32,000 nucleotides of DNA from Candidatus Saccharimonadota bacterium (GTDB lineage Bacteria; Patescibacteriota; Saccharimonadia; Saccharimonadales; UBA4665). The stretch covers positions 120,001 through 152,000 of the forward strand of contig CP064992.1 of NCBI GenBank assembly GCA_016699935.1, written 5' to 3'. The position numbers and the translations under genes are program-made. The notes beneath the pieces were generated by a model. The model saw nothing but the letters and a program-made list of their open reading frames with translations, ran no database searches and was not told where the DNA came from. The first letter of the stretch is position 1; the number at the start of each line of letters is the position of its first letter. Below, piece after piece: positions 7,911 through 16,304 of the stretch.

Positions 7911-9083
7911 ATGAAGAAAATCACAAAGAAACTATACAACTGGGCTTCTATAATTGACGAAGCCACTAGAGAACAAGCAGAACGAACATCAAAAATGCCG
8001 TTCGTGCTGCCACATCTAGCTTTGATGCCAGACGCACACATGGGAGCTGGTGCAACGGTTGGTTCAGTTATCCCTACAGTCGGTGCGATTATGCCAGCAG
8101 CAGTTGGTGTAGATATTGGCTGTGGAATGATTGCAGTCAAAACACAATTCACTACTAAGGACGTTGGCGATAAAGAATTGTCTGTTTTAAGACACAGTAT
8201 CGAACGCTCTATTCCACTATCGGCCGGTAAGTTTAACGATGCCCTAACGGATTCAGTCAAGCCACGTATTGCTAAGCTAGAAAAAATGGCTGGTAAGCGA
8301 AAAAGCTTCTATGACGGTCTGACCCGTACGAGCTGGACCTTACAATTAGGAACGCTTGGTTCGGGTAATCATTTTATTGAAGTAACAGTGGACGAAGACG
8401 AAACAATATGGCTGTTCTTACACAGTGGTAGTCGTGGTATCGGTAACTCTATTGCCACACACCACATTAAGATAGCTCAAGAATGCATGAAGAAGTGGTA
8501 CATCAATCTTGAAGATGAAGATTTAGCATATTTGGTTGAGGGAACACCAGAGTTTGACCAATACATATTTGACCTTAATTGGGCACAGCACTTCGCACTC
8601 TTGAATCGTGAAGAGATGATGGACAGAGTGGTTAAAGACTTCGAACATTTTATTGGTTCAAAAGTTGTTGAAAAGGAACGTATAAATTGCCATCACAATT
8701 TCACGCAAAAAGAGAATCACATGGGTCGCAAGGTATGGCTGAGTCGAAAAGGTGCTATACAAGCCGATATAGGTCGTAAAGGTTTAATTCCTGGCTCGAT
8801 GGGTACGGCAAGCTATGTTGTTGAGGGTAAGGGCTATGCACCGTCTTATAACTCCGCCCCGCATGGCGCAGGACGTGTTTGGGCTAGACGAGCCGCATCA
8901 AATCACTTTACGATTGAAGACCTAGATAAAGCTATGGTTGGTATCGAATACAATCGATCCGAGGCATTTTTAGATGAAATACCTGCTGCCTATAAGGATA
9001 TTGATGTGGTGATTGAAGACGCTAAAGAGTTAGTTAAGGTCAAGCACACATTCCATCAGATTGTGAATGTTAAAGGCGACTAA
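7911..9083 (+). CDS. rtcB: RNA 3'-phosphate ligase RtcB
   Basis: 390 aa with RtcB hallmark motifs: PDAHMGAGATVGSV, GSGNHFIE, HSGSRGIG, CHHNF, PGSMGTASY, APHGAGR. RBS gagga sits upstream. Confidence 0.95.
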   Translation: MKKITKKLYNWASIIDEATREQAERTSKMPFVLPHLALMPDAHMGAGATVGSVIPTVGAIMPAAVGVDIGCGMIAVKTQFTTKDVGDKELSVLRHSIERSIPLSAGKFNDALTDSVKPRIAKLEKMAGKRKSFYDGLTRTSWTLQLGTLGSGNHFIEVTVDEDETIWLFLHSGSRGIGNSIATHHIKIAQECMKKWYINLEDEDLAYLVEGTPEFDQYIFDLNWAQHFALLNREEMMDRVVKDFEHFIGSKVVEKERINCHHNFTQKENHMGRKVWLSRKGAIQADIGRKGLIPGSMGTASYVVEGKGYAPSYNSAPHGAGRVWARRAASNHFTIEDLDKAMVGIEYNRSEAFLDEIPAAYKDIDVVIEDAKELVKVKHTFHQIVNVKGD

Positions 9084-9184
9084 AAATCATCAAACATTAT
9101 TGGTATACGTGGTGGTTGGCTTTTTAATAGAGCGATTGAACTATTATAAGCGAGAAACAGTGACCTAACCTGCTCTATAATGCT

Positions 9185-9301
9185 GTACCATGTAAGATGC
9201 TCACCGCAAGGTGGGCATTTTGCATGGTTCGTGCAAGGTAGATTTAAGCCGGAGACCTGACAGCGTAAGCTGTTAGCATTCTTCGAATCCTGCCGGGCGT
9301 A
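9185..9301. repeat. Right direct repeat of the island (diverged third copy of the tRNA 3' end at its end)
   Basis: Matches 4823-4937. It ends ...cttcgaatcctgcCgggcgtaGG, compared with ...cctgcagggcgtacca in the tRNA. Confidence 0.9.
9197..9221 (+). terminator. Terminator-like hairpin within the right repeat (likely ends the rsr-RHH-rtcB transcript)
   Basis: Same atgctcacc-GCAA-ggtgggcat hairpin followed by tttt. No other hairpin was seen between the rtcB stop and this point. Confidence 0.55.
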
Positions 9302-9340
9302 GGTATTATCCACAGGTTTTCCACACCATATAATGCTCGT

Positions 9341-9473
9341 GCTTGCAATGGTTTGTGAGCCGGAGTAGACTAGTAAATACCATCGTTGAGGTGGTCACGG
9401 CCGCAAGGCAGTGTGCGGCAACCAGCAATGGGAACCGCATGAAAAAAGTCCGTCGCAAGACGGACTTTTCATT
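9341..9473 (+). ncRNA. Candidate small RNA (promoter-to-terminator unit), unknown family
   Basis: TATAAT at 9329-9334, with a weak -35 ttatcc at 9306-9311. About 130 nt then run to a strong terminator at 9442-9473. Internal stems include gccgca/tgcggc. The only ORF (9343-9525) reads through two terminators. Confidence 0.3.
9442..9473. terminator. Bidirectional rho-independent terminator
   Basis: aaaagtccgtc-GCAA-gacggactttt, with an A-run before and a T-run after. Confidence 0.8.
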
Positions 9474-9482
9474 TATCAATAG

Positions 9483-9514
9483 CAAAAATATAAGCGCCCA
9501 CAAGGAGCGCTTAT
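9483..9514 (-). terminator. hsp20 terminator
   Basis: On the minus strand: ataagcgc(t)cc-ttgt-gggcgcttat followed by attttt, directly after the hsp20 stop. Confidence 0.7.
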
Positions 9515-9532
9515 ATATACTTTAACCAGTTA

Positions 9533-9954
9533 TTACTTTTTCTTGATAGCGATTTTCTTGGGTGCTGGCAACTCTTTAAAAGGCACAATAACCTTTAGCA
9601 CGCCGTCTTTCATATCACCAGTTATCTTGTCGACATCAGCTACCTTGGGTAGCTGCAAGCGGCGGTAAAAACTACTACTGCTTTCACGTACGACGTACTT
9701 TTTGCTCTTGTCTTTCTCTTGTTCGTGTTTTTCGGCAGAAATCACAAGTGCGTTACCATCGACATGGACGTCGACGTCTTTGTCCTCAAAGTTTGGCAAA
9801 TGTGCCTCGACTACTAGTTGCTTATCGTCTTCCGTATAGACATCTGTGGTCGGTAGTTGCATTCGTTTGGTTGGCATCAGCCAATCGTCCCCAAAAAACT
9901 TCGCTGCATGGCTTGTAGCTGGCTAAAGGGGTCGTAGGTTACTAAGTCACTCAT
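9533..9954 (-). CDS. Small heat-shock protein (Hsp20/alpha-crystallin), one frame interruption
   Basis: ORF 9533-9877 carries the alpha-crystallin domain: VVEAHLPNFEDKDVDVHVDGNALVISAEK...FYRRLQLP...GVLKVIVP. The N-terminus MSDLVTYDPFSQLQAMQRSF starts at ATG 9954 after the RBS aggaggg. The shift lies in the T6/G4 run (plus-strand 9889-9898). Confidence 0.9.
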
Positions 9955-10015
9955 AGGTTATCCCTCCTTTTATGATTAATATCCGTTGGAAATTACCACT
10001 GTAATTTCCACTTTT

Positions 10016-10055
10016 AGTATACCTCTTCTGGCACTCTCGTGTCAAAGAGTGCCAA
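10016..10055 (-). promoter_or_regulatory. hsp20 promoter overlapped by a CIRCE-like inverted repeat
   Basis: Minus strand: TTGACA (10045-10040), 18-nt spacer, TATACT (10021-10016). The inverted repeat TTGGCACTC-N10-GAGTGCCAG (10028-10055) resembles the CIRCE consensus TTAGCACTC-N9-GAGTGCTAA. Confidence 0.55.
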
Positions 10056-10058
10056 TTA

Positions 10059-10570
10059 TCACAATCGGCTGTGGGCATACACTTCAAATGTGTAGTTTGG
10101 CTCCCCAGTTTTCGGTTTGCCAGGTTCACTTGATAGTAGTTGAAAATCCTGCAGGCGTTGCATAGGATAGAATTTGTCGCAGTCGTAGTTGGCATGAATC
10201 CGCGTGATGTATATCTCATCTGGCTCAACATCATCGTGAATACTGCCGTTCCATACATTTTTGCCGGCTGCTGCCATATCTGCTAGAAAATCTTTCAGCG
10301 AATGGACGATAGTAACGCCCGCTTCATCTGGTAAATCATGGGATGTCAGCACATACAGGTGCCTCCCAGCTGGAGGCCAAGCACTCTGACCTTCACGTTC
10401 CTGAAGCCCTTTTTCATTGCCTGGTACGTACCCCGGCCAATTAGCAGGTTTCCGCCAAAACGCCTGCTCTGTTCGTGAAAGTACGCTAAATCTTCCGGAA
10501 TAAACCATGGTGTCATGCCGTCCTTCGCCATACCACCCATCTCGTCAACAGCCACGATGTCTCGTATCAT
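10059..10570 (-). CDS. folA: Dihydrofolate reductase-like protein, frame-interrupted
   Basis: ORF 10346-10570 reads MIRDIVAVDEMGGMAKDGMTPWFIPEDLAYF...LLIGRGTY. ORF 10059-10508 reads GRHLYVLTS...DEIYITRIHANYDCDKFYP. Order and motifs fit the DHFR fold. Confidence 0.7.
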
Positions 10571-11836
10571 CGCAATTCCTGGTTCGCTTCCCTTAGTTGG
10601 GCGATCAGGAAAAACGAACCGGTAATAACGCCGACATTCTGAACTTGCTTCATGAAAACTGCATAAGCCTCGTCTTGATTAGCAACTAGGCGACATTTCA
10701 CCCCATTTGCCTTTAGTACGCTGACGATTTCACTTGGATCCATGGAAACGATGGGTAAATCCTGCGTTTTCGAGAATGTAGTCACTATTACTTCATCAGC
10801 ATGCTTTGCAAGCAAGGGTGCGATGTCTGCTATTTCTTTCCCCTGTTTGAGAGCGAATAAAACAACCGGGCGTACACCTTTATGTAGTTCGGCAAAACTT
10901 TGCCAAAAAGCCGTCATTTTCTGGCCATTATGCGCCCCCGTCCATAATGACAGTTTTACCTTCTATCGAGCGTATGTCCATCCGTCCTGGCACGTGCACT
11001 GCTTGCGTTTTTGCAACTGTGTCGCATTTAACACTTTTAAATCATCGCGACGAGCTAGCCATTTGTAAGCAGCGTAAGCTAGCAGCCAGTTGCGTTTCTG
11101 GTAATCAGGCATGCCGGCTGGGAATTCACCGCCGTAGGCTTTGGCCAGTCTATCCTGATCAAACGTTAGCAAGTCGGCTCCTTCTTGTTGGCTAACCCAG
11201 AAACGAACCACCTGCATATTCTCTGAGTCTTGAGAGTACATGAGCGCCGTGTTGCCCTCGTGGATAATACCGGCTTTTGGTAAGCTATTTTGCCCAGCGT
11301 GTCGCCAAGCGCTTCCATATGATCATAGCCAATGTCGGTTATGACGCACAGTTTATCAGCGCGCGCCGCTACATTTGTGCTGTCATCTAGCCCGCCCATG
11401 CCGGTCTCGATGACTGCGTAGTCCACATTTTCTTGCTTGAAGACCCAGTAGGCAAAAGCAATCAGCACTTCGAAGCGGCTGGGGTCTCGGGCGTACCTGC
11501 CAGTAACTGTGTGAACTCTTCAAAATATTTGCAGAACTGTTCTTCTGACAAAGGCACACTGTTTATCTGTATGCGCTCATTCATACTGTCGATGTATGGC
11601 GAAATGGTTGACCCGACCTTGCAGCCAGCTGCCGTGAGTAGTGCCGATATATAGTAGGTTGTCGATGTTTTGCCGCTCGTACCAGCTATGTGTACTACCC
11701 GAAGCGCCTTTTCGGGGTGGCCGATATGCGCCATCAGCCGCTCTGTCCGCCCGAGGGTGATGTGCTTGCCGACAGTATGTTTTGATACTGCATCATAGGG
11801 GCGCAGCGCCTTTTCAACCTCAGCAATAGTAGTCAT
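10567..11836 (-). CDS. folC: Folylpolyglutamate synthase/dihydrofolate synthase (Mur-ligase family), fragmented into 4 ORFs
   Basis: Start MTTIAEVEKAL at 11836. P-loop HIAGTSGKTSTT. VIETGMGGLDDSTNV. ITDIGYDHMEALGDTLGKIA. C-terminal ORF 10567-10917. The pieces are 11462-11836, 11166-11468, 10963-11241 and 10567-10917. Confidence 0.8.
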
Positions 11837-11892
11837 TTTCACCCCACTACCATACCACACCTCTGTTAAACGTGCTATAATCCACCTGGTAA

Positions 11893-11969
11893 GCGCGCGT
11901 AGCTCAGCTGGATAGAGCGTTGGTTTCCGGTACCAAAGGTCGGGGTTCAAATCCCTTCGCGCGTACCAT
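11893..11969 (+). tRNA. tRNA-Arg (anticodon CCG), CCA encoded
   Basis: Acceptor GCGCGCG/CGCGCGT (G1-U72). D arm GCTC-AGCTGGATA-GAGC. Anticodon arm TTGGT-TTCCGGT-ACCAA (CCG). T-loop TTCAAAT. Then A-CCA. Confidence 0.9.
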
Positions 11970-12004
11970 TTTGCGATTTGTTTAATCTGTTCTACTATAG
12001 CTGC

Positions 12005-12762
12005 ATGTCAAATGTTGAGTGGCTGAAGGAGGTGCGCGAAGCGGCCGGGTACCCTAGTGCACCGTTCCCTGAGGAACGGAGCTGGGAGAGCGTGCCATAC
12101 GATTACATTCCAACGAAGTTTGTTTCAGACGAGGTGAGGATAAAACCTTGGTACACGGAAACGCCGGACTTTGCACACTGTTTCCGCAGAATATGCGCCA
12201 TGCAAACTAAAGGTTTCTGGCTGCCGCCCAGTGTTGTCGAAAAACCCCAACGGAATCCATACGGTGCCACGGGTATCACTGGTCATGGGGCGTTCTGGGA
12301 TCTGGGAGCTAACCAAGCACAAGTCTGGTGGTAATACATGACCACGATATAGCATTGGCAAAAACAGTCGATGGGCGTCTTGTATTGCCTGGTGGTATGG
12401 CTGAATACGGCAAGGATCGTGTCGTACCTGAAGAAGCGACAATTACGGCTGCGCGCGAAGCTTGTGAGGAGCTTGGGCTATGTCTTTCACCCAAAACCCT
12501 GCAGCCAATGGCTACAATATCCGGAGAACACCCATGGAATACAGATGATGCTTTTGCTATTGATACACCATTTATACTCGACTTAACGCAATTATGTGAT
12601 ACCAGACCAAGTTTAGTATCTAATGCGCCTGGCGAGATACAAGAAGCCTTTTGGATGCCAATGTCCGATATAGCCTATGCAGTCCCCCTTAGCGACTATC
12701 ATCGCACACTCGTAGATATGGCTACCAGGCACCTCGGAGTCGCAGTCACGGTTATTATATAG
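12005..12762 (+). CDS. NUDT9-like Nudix hydrolase (ADP-ribose pyrophosphatase family), one frame interruption
   Basis: ORF 11978-12334 contains RNPYGATGITGHGAFWDLGANQA (NUDT9-type motif). ORF 12328-12762 contains the Nudix box LPGGMAEYG...TITAAREACEELG. The junction is near 12325. Confidence 0.75.
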
Positions 12763-12765
12763 AAC

Positions 12766-13626
12766 CTACTGAAACGTGTTGCAGCTGGTTAGTTTACCGG
12801 TGGTATAGCCGGTGTTGAACCACTGGGTGCGCTGTGACGAAGAGCCGTGGGTCCAGGTTTCGGGATTGGTTGTGCCTGTCTCTATTTTCTGTATGTGATC
12901 ATCGCCTACAGCTGCGGCGGCACTGAGAGCTTGATGTATTTCACCAGGTTCTAAAATCCCTTCGGCAGAAAGTGAGTGCATCCATATGCCGGCGTAGCAA
13001 TCGGCTTGGAGCTCAAGCGCTTCAGACAGGGTGTTAGCTTGATCTGGATTATCTTGCTGAGCCTGAGTGACTTCATCCATCGTGCCCAGCTGGTTCTGGA
13101 CATGGTGACCAGCTTCGTGAGCTATCACATATGCTTGCGCTACATCACCACTACTACCTCCGTACCTTCGCTGCAACTCATCGAAAAAGGTTTCGTCTAA
13201 ATAAATGGTTTGATCCTCTGGGCAATAGTGCGGCCCAACCGCCGAGCTGGCATAACCGCAGCCAGACTGTGTTGCACTACGGAAAAGAACTAGTTTTGGA
13301 GGCTCATAGCTTCTTCCCTGCACCTGGAAAATAGCACTCCAAATGTCATTGTTTGACCCTAGCACTTTTTTGGTAAATGTTTCGTACTGGTCAGCACCCT
13401 GGAACTCGGCTGGTTGGGTCGTAGGTGTTGATTGCTGATCGGCAACTTGACCTAGAATCTGCTCGAGCACGCTACCATTTTGCCCCGTGCCACCGCCTAG
13501 AAAGGCAAAAGCCAGGAAAAGGATTAGCCCGCCAACTCCAGTCAGGGCTATACCACCCGTCCCCATCCCCCGCCGGTCTTCAACATCCCCGCTACTACCA
13601 ATCTTATCCCACAACGCCATCAGCAT
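12766..13626 (-). CDS. Neutral zinc metallopeptidase (YpfJ-like), N-terminal TM
   Basis: 286 aa with GDVEDRRG, a TM helix, and the HExxH motif AHEAGHHVQ. Confidence 0.85.
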   Translation of the reverse strand: MLMALWDKIGSSGDVEDRRGMGTGGIALTGVGGLILFLAFAFLGGGTGQNGSVLEQILGQVADQQSTPTTQPAEFQGADQYETFTKKVLGSNNDIWSAIFQVQGRSYEPPKLVLFRSATQSGCGYASSAVGPHYCPEDQTIYLDETFFDELQRRYGGSSGDVAQAYVIAHEAGHHVQNQLGTMDEVTQAQQDNPDQANTLSEALELQADCYAGIWMHSLSAEGILEPGEIHQALSAAAAVGDDHIQKIETGTTNPETWTHGSSSQRTQWFNTGYTTGKLTSCNTFQ

Positions 13627-13692
13627 TACTCCTTTGTCCCACCAGTGTACTACGATTTTCTTAATATCTATTATTATTGTATAATAATATCA

Positions 13693-14265
13693 ATGTTATC
13701 CCTTGAAGCCATACGGCTCGACAGTCAGTTACGTTGCGTGCCGAGACGTTCAATTATTATAGTTGGCAGCGTAACGCTAGCATTATTCAAAGAAATGGCG
13801 GGTATAGAGAAAGCTGAAAGATATCTTCGCATCGATGATTTAGATTTATGTGTAGACGAAAAACTGTATGCCAAATTGTATCGTAATTCAAAACCAAAAT
13901 CAGAAATCCTAACTAGCGATAATTGCTGGGCTCAAAACCGATACAGAAACGTACAGACACTCCGTCGTGAGCATACGGTCTCAAAACTAAAGAGGCCGGT
14001 TCAGCTAGACGTTGGCCGTAATGTTTTCACCTGGTCTCATAGTGCGGTGCAATCCGATGCACTTGAGTTTGATGGCTATAGTGTTCTCAACCCATTTCAT
14101 CAGCTCGCTTGGTACGAAGTGCTCGGACGTAAAAAAGACGACGTCAAAATCAAGATGCTACGCGAACTAATCATTCCTATTTTTGCCGATCGCCCAGACC
14201 TTACGCTGCCCGTGCCCTTTGAGCTACAGGACTTGGCTCAAGGGGTGCTGGGTCGAGCGGCGTAA
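13693..14265 (+). CDS. Hypothetical protein, possibly nucleotidyltransferase-fold
   Basis: ORF 13645-14265, with a likelier start at ATG 13693. IIIVGSVTLALF...LRIDDLDLCV loosely resembles the GS...DxD of minimal nucleotidyltransferases. The assignment is weak. Confidence 0.4.
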   Translation: MLSLEAIRLDSQLRCVPRRSIIIVGSVTLALFKEMAGIEKAERYLRIDDLDLCVDEKLYAKLYRNSKPKSEILTSDNCWAQNRYRNVQTLRREHTVSKLKRPVQLDVGRNVFTWSHSAVQSDALEFDGYSVLNPFHQLAWYEVLGRKKDDVKIKMLRELIIPIFADRPDLTLPVPFELQDLAQGVLGRAA

Positions 14266-14839
14266 GATGCAATAACTCCGCCATGCTACTTCCGATTTCA
14301 GCATCTTCAAATCCCCTGACACCACTAACAGGCGGCCCTGCTAGACGATAGCAATCCCGAATGGGCAAACCCCAATCACGCCCCGCTGCGACAAGCAATT
14401 CATAATCTAATCGCGCCCGTGCAGATTGCTCGCCACGACCAATGGTAGGTACCTTGCGGGGATCATCGGCGGCTTGACAGTACCGCCAAACAAGTGATCG
14501 TAATCCTTCAGATAACCCATTTGGCTGACCATCCATATTATCGCGGTGTGTGACAACTGCGTCCAAGACCTTCTGCCCTATGCGTCGATATCCCCCTATT
14601 TCAAGACGCGTTACTTCTTCTGGCTGATCTGTGCCGTTCCAGACGCGCGCGCGGATAACACGCACAAAAGATAGCTCATCAAGATACAATGCTTTACAGA
14701 GTTCATCCCTGACCGATTCCAGCCCTTCTGAATCGATCATGCCTCCAAGCATACCAGCTATTTCTAATTCTCTGGTCGCGATAATTGCTCGCTGAGCAAT
14801 TGAATCAACATTCTGATGTTGAGCGTATATTTCTGACAT
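14201..14839 (-). CDS. Hypothetical protein (212 aa)
   Basis: Long ORF with protein-like composition and its own AT-rich upstream region. No motif recognised. Its 3' end overlaps the convergent gene by 65 nt. Confidence 0.5.
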   Translation of the reverse strand: MSEIYAQHQNVDSIAQRAIIATRELEIAGMLGGMIDSEGLESVRDELCKALYLDELSFVRVIRARVWNGTDQPEEVTRLEIGGYRRIGQKVLDAVVTHRDNMDGQPNGLSEGLRSLVWRYCQAADDPRKVPTIGRGEQSARARLDYELLVAAGRDWGLPIRDCYRLAGPPVSGVRGFEDAEIGSSMAELLHLTPLDPAPLEPSPVAQRARAA

Positions 14840-14926
14840 TTTTGAATTTGTTTATTAGAGTGACGATTTTGACTTTACTATACAAGTATACGCCCAGTAA
14901 CAGATTGTGCAGTAATAATTATCACC

Positions 14927-15427
14927 TTAAGCAGCTTTAGGAATAACCTTTTCCTTGGTGTACTCCAGCCATGCAGCGAATGAAGTATTTTTCGCATTTT
15001 CACCAAAAATAACAGCCGTGCTACCTAATCTTTTGTCATCGGGTATCAGACCATAGGTATGTTCTGCTGCACGTTGTTTAAGCGTTGCGAGAACCTTTGG
15101 AACGAATGAATTATCAAAGTCAGTCTCTGATAATACAACTGTCTTAGTCTTTAATTCTTCACCATCGGCGTAGGTAGCATCAATGATATATCCAACCCAA
15201 AGAGGCGTTGTCTGTTTATTGACTGCGCCGTTTTTTATATCATAGCCCTGCACGACATGTGCGTCCCACCCAACAGCACTTGCCCCTAGGACTCCCATCA
15301 CGTGATCAACCGAATCAAGTACAAATCTTGCGTGGATGGCATTAGGATCGAAGCGCGAAGGATCTACCAAACTTACGTTACCTGCAGCATACCCGGAATC
15401 AACATGCTGAGTTTGCACACACATCAA
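14927..15427 (-). CDS. Hypothetical protein (166 aa)
   Basis: Intact ORF with no recognisable motif. Confidence 0.5.
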   Translation of the reverse strand: MMCVQTQHVDSGYAAGNVSLVDPSRFDPNAIHARFVLDSVDHVMGVLGASAVGWDAHVVQGYDIKNGAVNKQTTPLWVGYIIDATYADGEELKTKTVVLSETDFDNSFVPKVLATLKQRAAEHTYGLIPDDKRLGSTAVIFGENAKNTSFAAWLEYTKEKVIPKAA

Positions 15428-15552
15428 GTGTATTCATAATTAATCTTTTCCTTAAACTGTTGCTTAATTATTTTTATTTGAGAGACGGTGCCTTATATCC
15501 ATAGCCGATTATCTGCTTGTTTATTTGGGTTGTCGGTAATAAATATCACTAT

Positions 15553-16134
15553 TTATTTTATAAGTTGGCGTTGGATGAGGTCGGCTAGGGTGGTGTAGTT
15601 TGTGGCGCATAGCCAGGTTGTAAGGGCTATTAAGCCTGGGAGAATGATGATGTTTTCGACCCATTTGCCAGTTGTGACCCGCCAGCTGCGGATGGGCGGG
15701 AAGCCGAATTTGTAGGGGATTGGCAGTAGCCACGGCACGCCTTCTTTGGTGAGGCTATCCATAATGAGGTGAGAGACAACACCGGTCAAAAAGGCCACCC
15801 AGACGAAATTGATGTCAATATTTGGCATAATAGGTTGCAAAAACTGGAGCAAAAGCATACTCAGCGCGCCAAAAACGGCGACCCCCAAGATGGAATGACA
15901 AAAGAAGCGGTGACCGCCCACCAGTGCGCCAAAAATCCGCCCAAAATAGCGGCCTATCGGGATGTTCCGCCACAGCGGCGCGGTGGGCTGGTCAATATCT
16001 GGTGCAATCCCACCAAGCTGGTTGGCGAGTACCGCAGCGAGACCAGTCGCCAATGTCATTTTGCCCGGTGGCACCACTATTACGTAGCTAATTAGCGCTA
16101 AAAGGGCAGCGGTGTCATGTGTACGTGCAGTCAT
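15553..16134 (-). CDS. Membrane-bound metal-dependent hydrolase (DUF457/YdjM-like)
   Basis: 193 aa, multi-TM, with conserved His/Asp positions (THDT, PDIDQP, HRFFCHS, SHLIMDSLT). Confidence 0.7.
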   Translation of the reverse strand: MTARTHDTAALLALISYVIVVPPGKMTLATGLAAVLANQLGGIAPDIDQPTAPLWRNIPIGRYFGRIFGALVGGHRFFCHSILGVAVFGALSMLLLQFLQPIMPNIDINFVWVAFLTGVVSHLIMDSLTKEGVPWLLPIPYKFGFPPIRSWRVTTGKWVENIIILPGLIALTTWLCATNYTTLADLIQRQLIK

Positions 16135-16304
16135 GATACAAGTGTATAGGTTTTAGGTTATGGGTTCCAGTGAGGATAGTGAGCGGAGCGAACCCGTGCG
16201 TAACGCGAGCGCGAACGAATAGTGAGCGGGGTGGATCGGGCTGACAGCTAGCGTAGCGTTGCTGTCACCCGTGGAGGGGCGAGCCCCCCTCCTAATCAAT
16301 ACAA
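16135..16304. repeat. Intergenic repeat/hairpin cluster
   Basis: 11-mer atagtgagcgg occurs at 16176-16186 and 16219-16229. Hairpins: tgacagc/gctgtca (16242-16267) and ggagggg-cgagcc-cccctcc (16273-16292). Confidence 0.6.

Larger units (their letters stand above)
4823..9301. mobile_element. Putative integrated genomic island at tRNA-Arg(UCG): recombinase remnant, structured RNA region, rsr-RHH-rtcB
   Basis: Flanking ~115-nt direct repeats contain tRNA 3'-end copies. A recombinase-like fragment is adjacent to the left junction. The cargo operon is self-contained with its own promoter and terminator. Confidence 0.6.

Noticed and set aside
7883-8260. 125-aa minus-strand ORF. Similar antisense ORFs occur at 448-804, 18886-19218 and 23779-24171.
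   Set aside because: They are fully nested antisense to genes with strong family motifs (rtcB, the response regulator, DUF1295, DUF2892), which is typical of shadow ORFs.
9343-9525. 60-aa plus-strand ORF.
   Set aside because: It reads through two rho-independent terminators and has no RBS.
11837-11950. N-terminal extension of the folC ORF (the track starts it at 11950).
   Set aside because: The extension overlaps tRNA-Arg(CCG) on the opposite strand. The conserved protein starts at MTTIAEVEK (11836).
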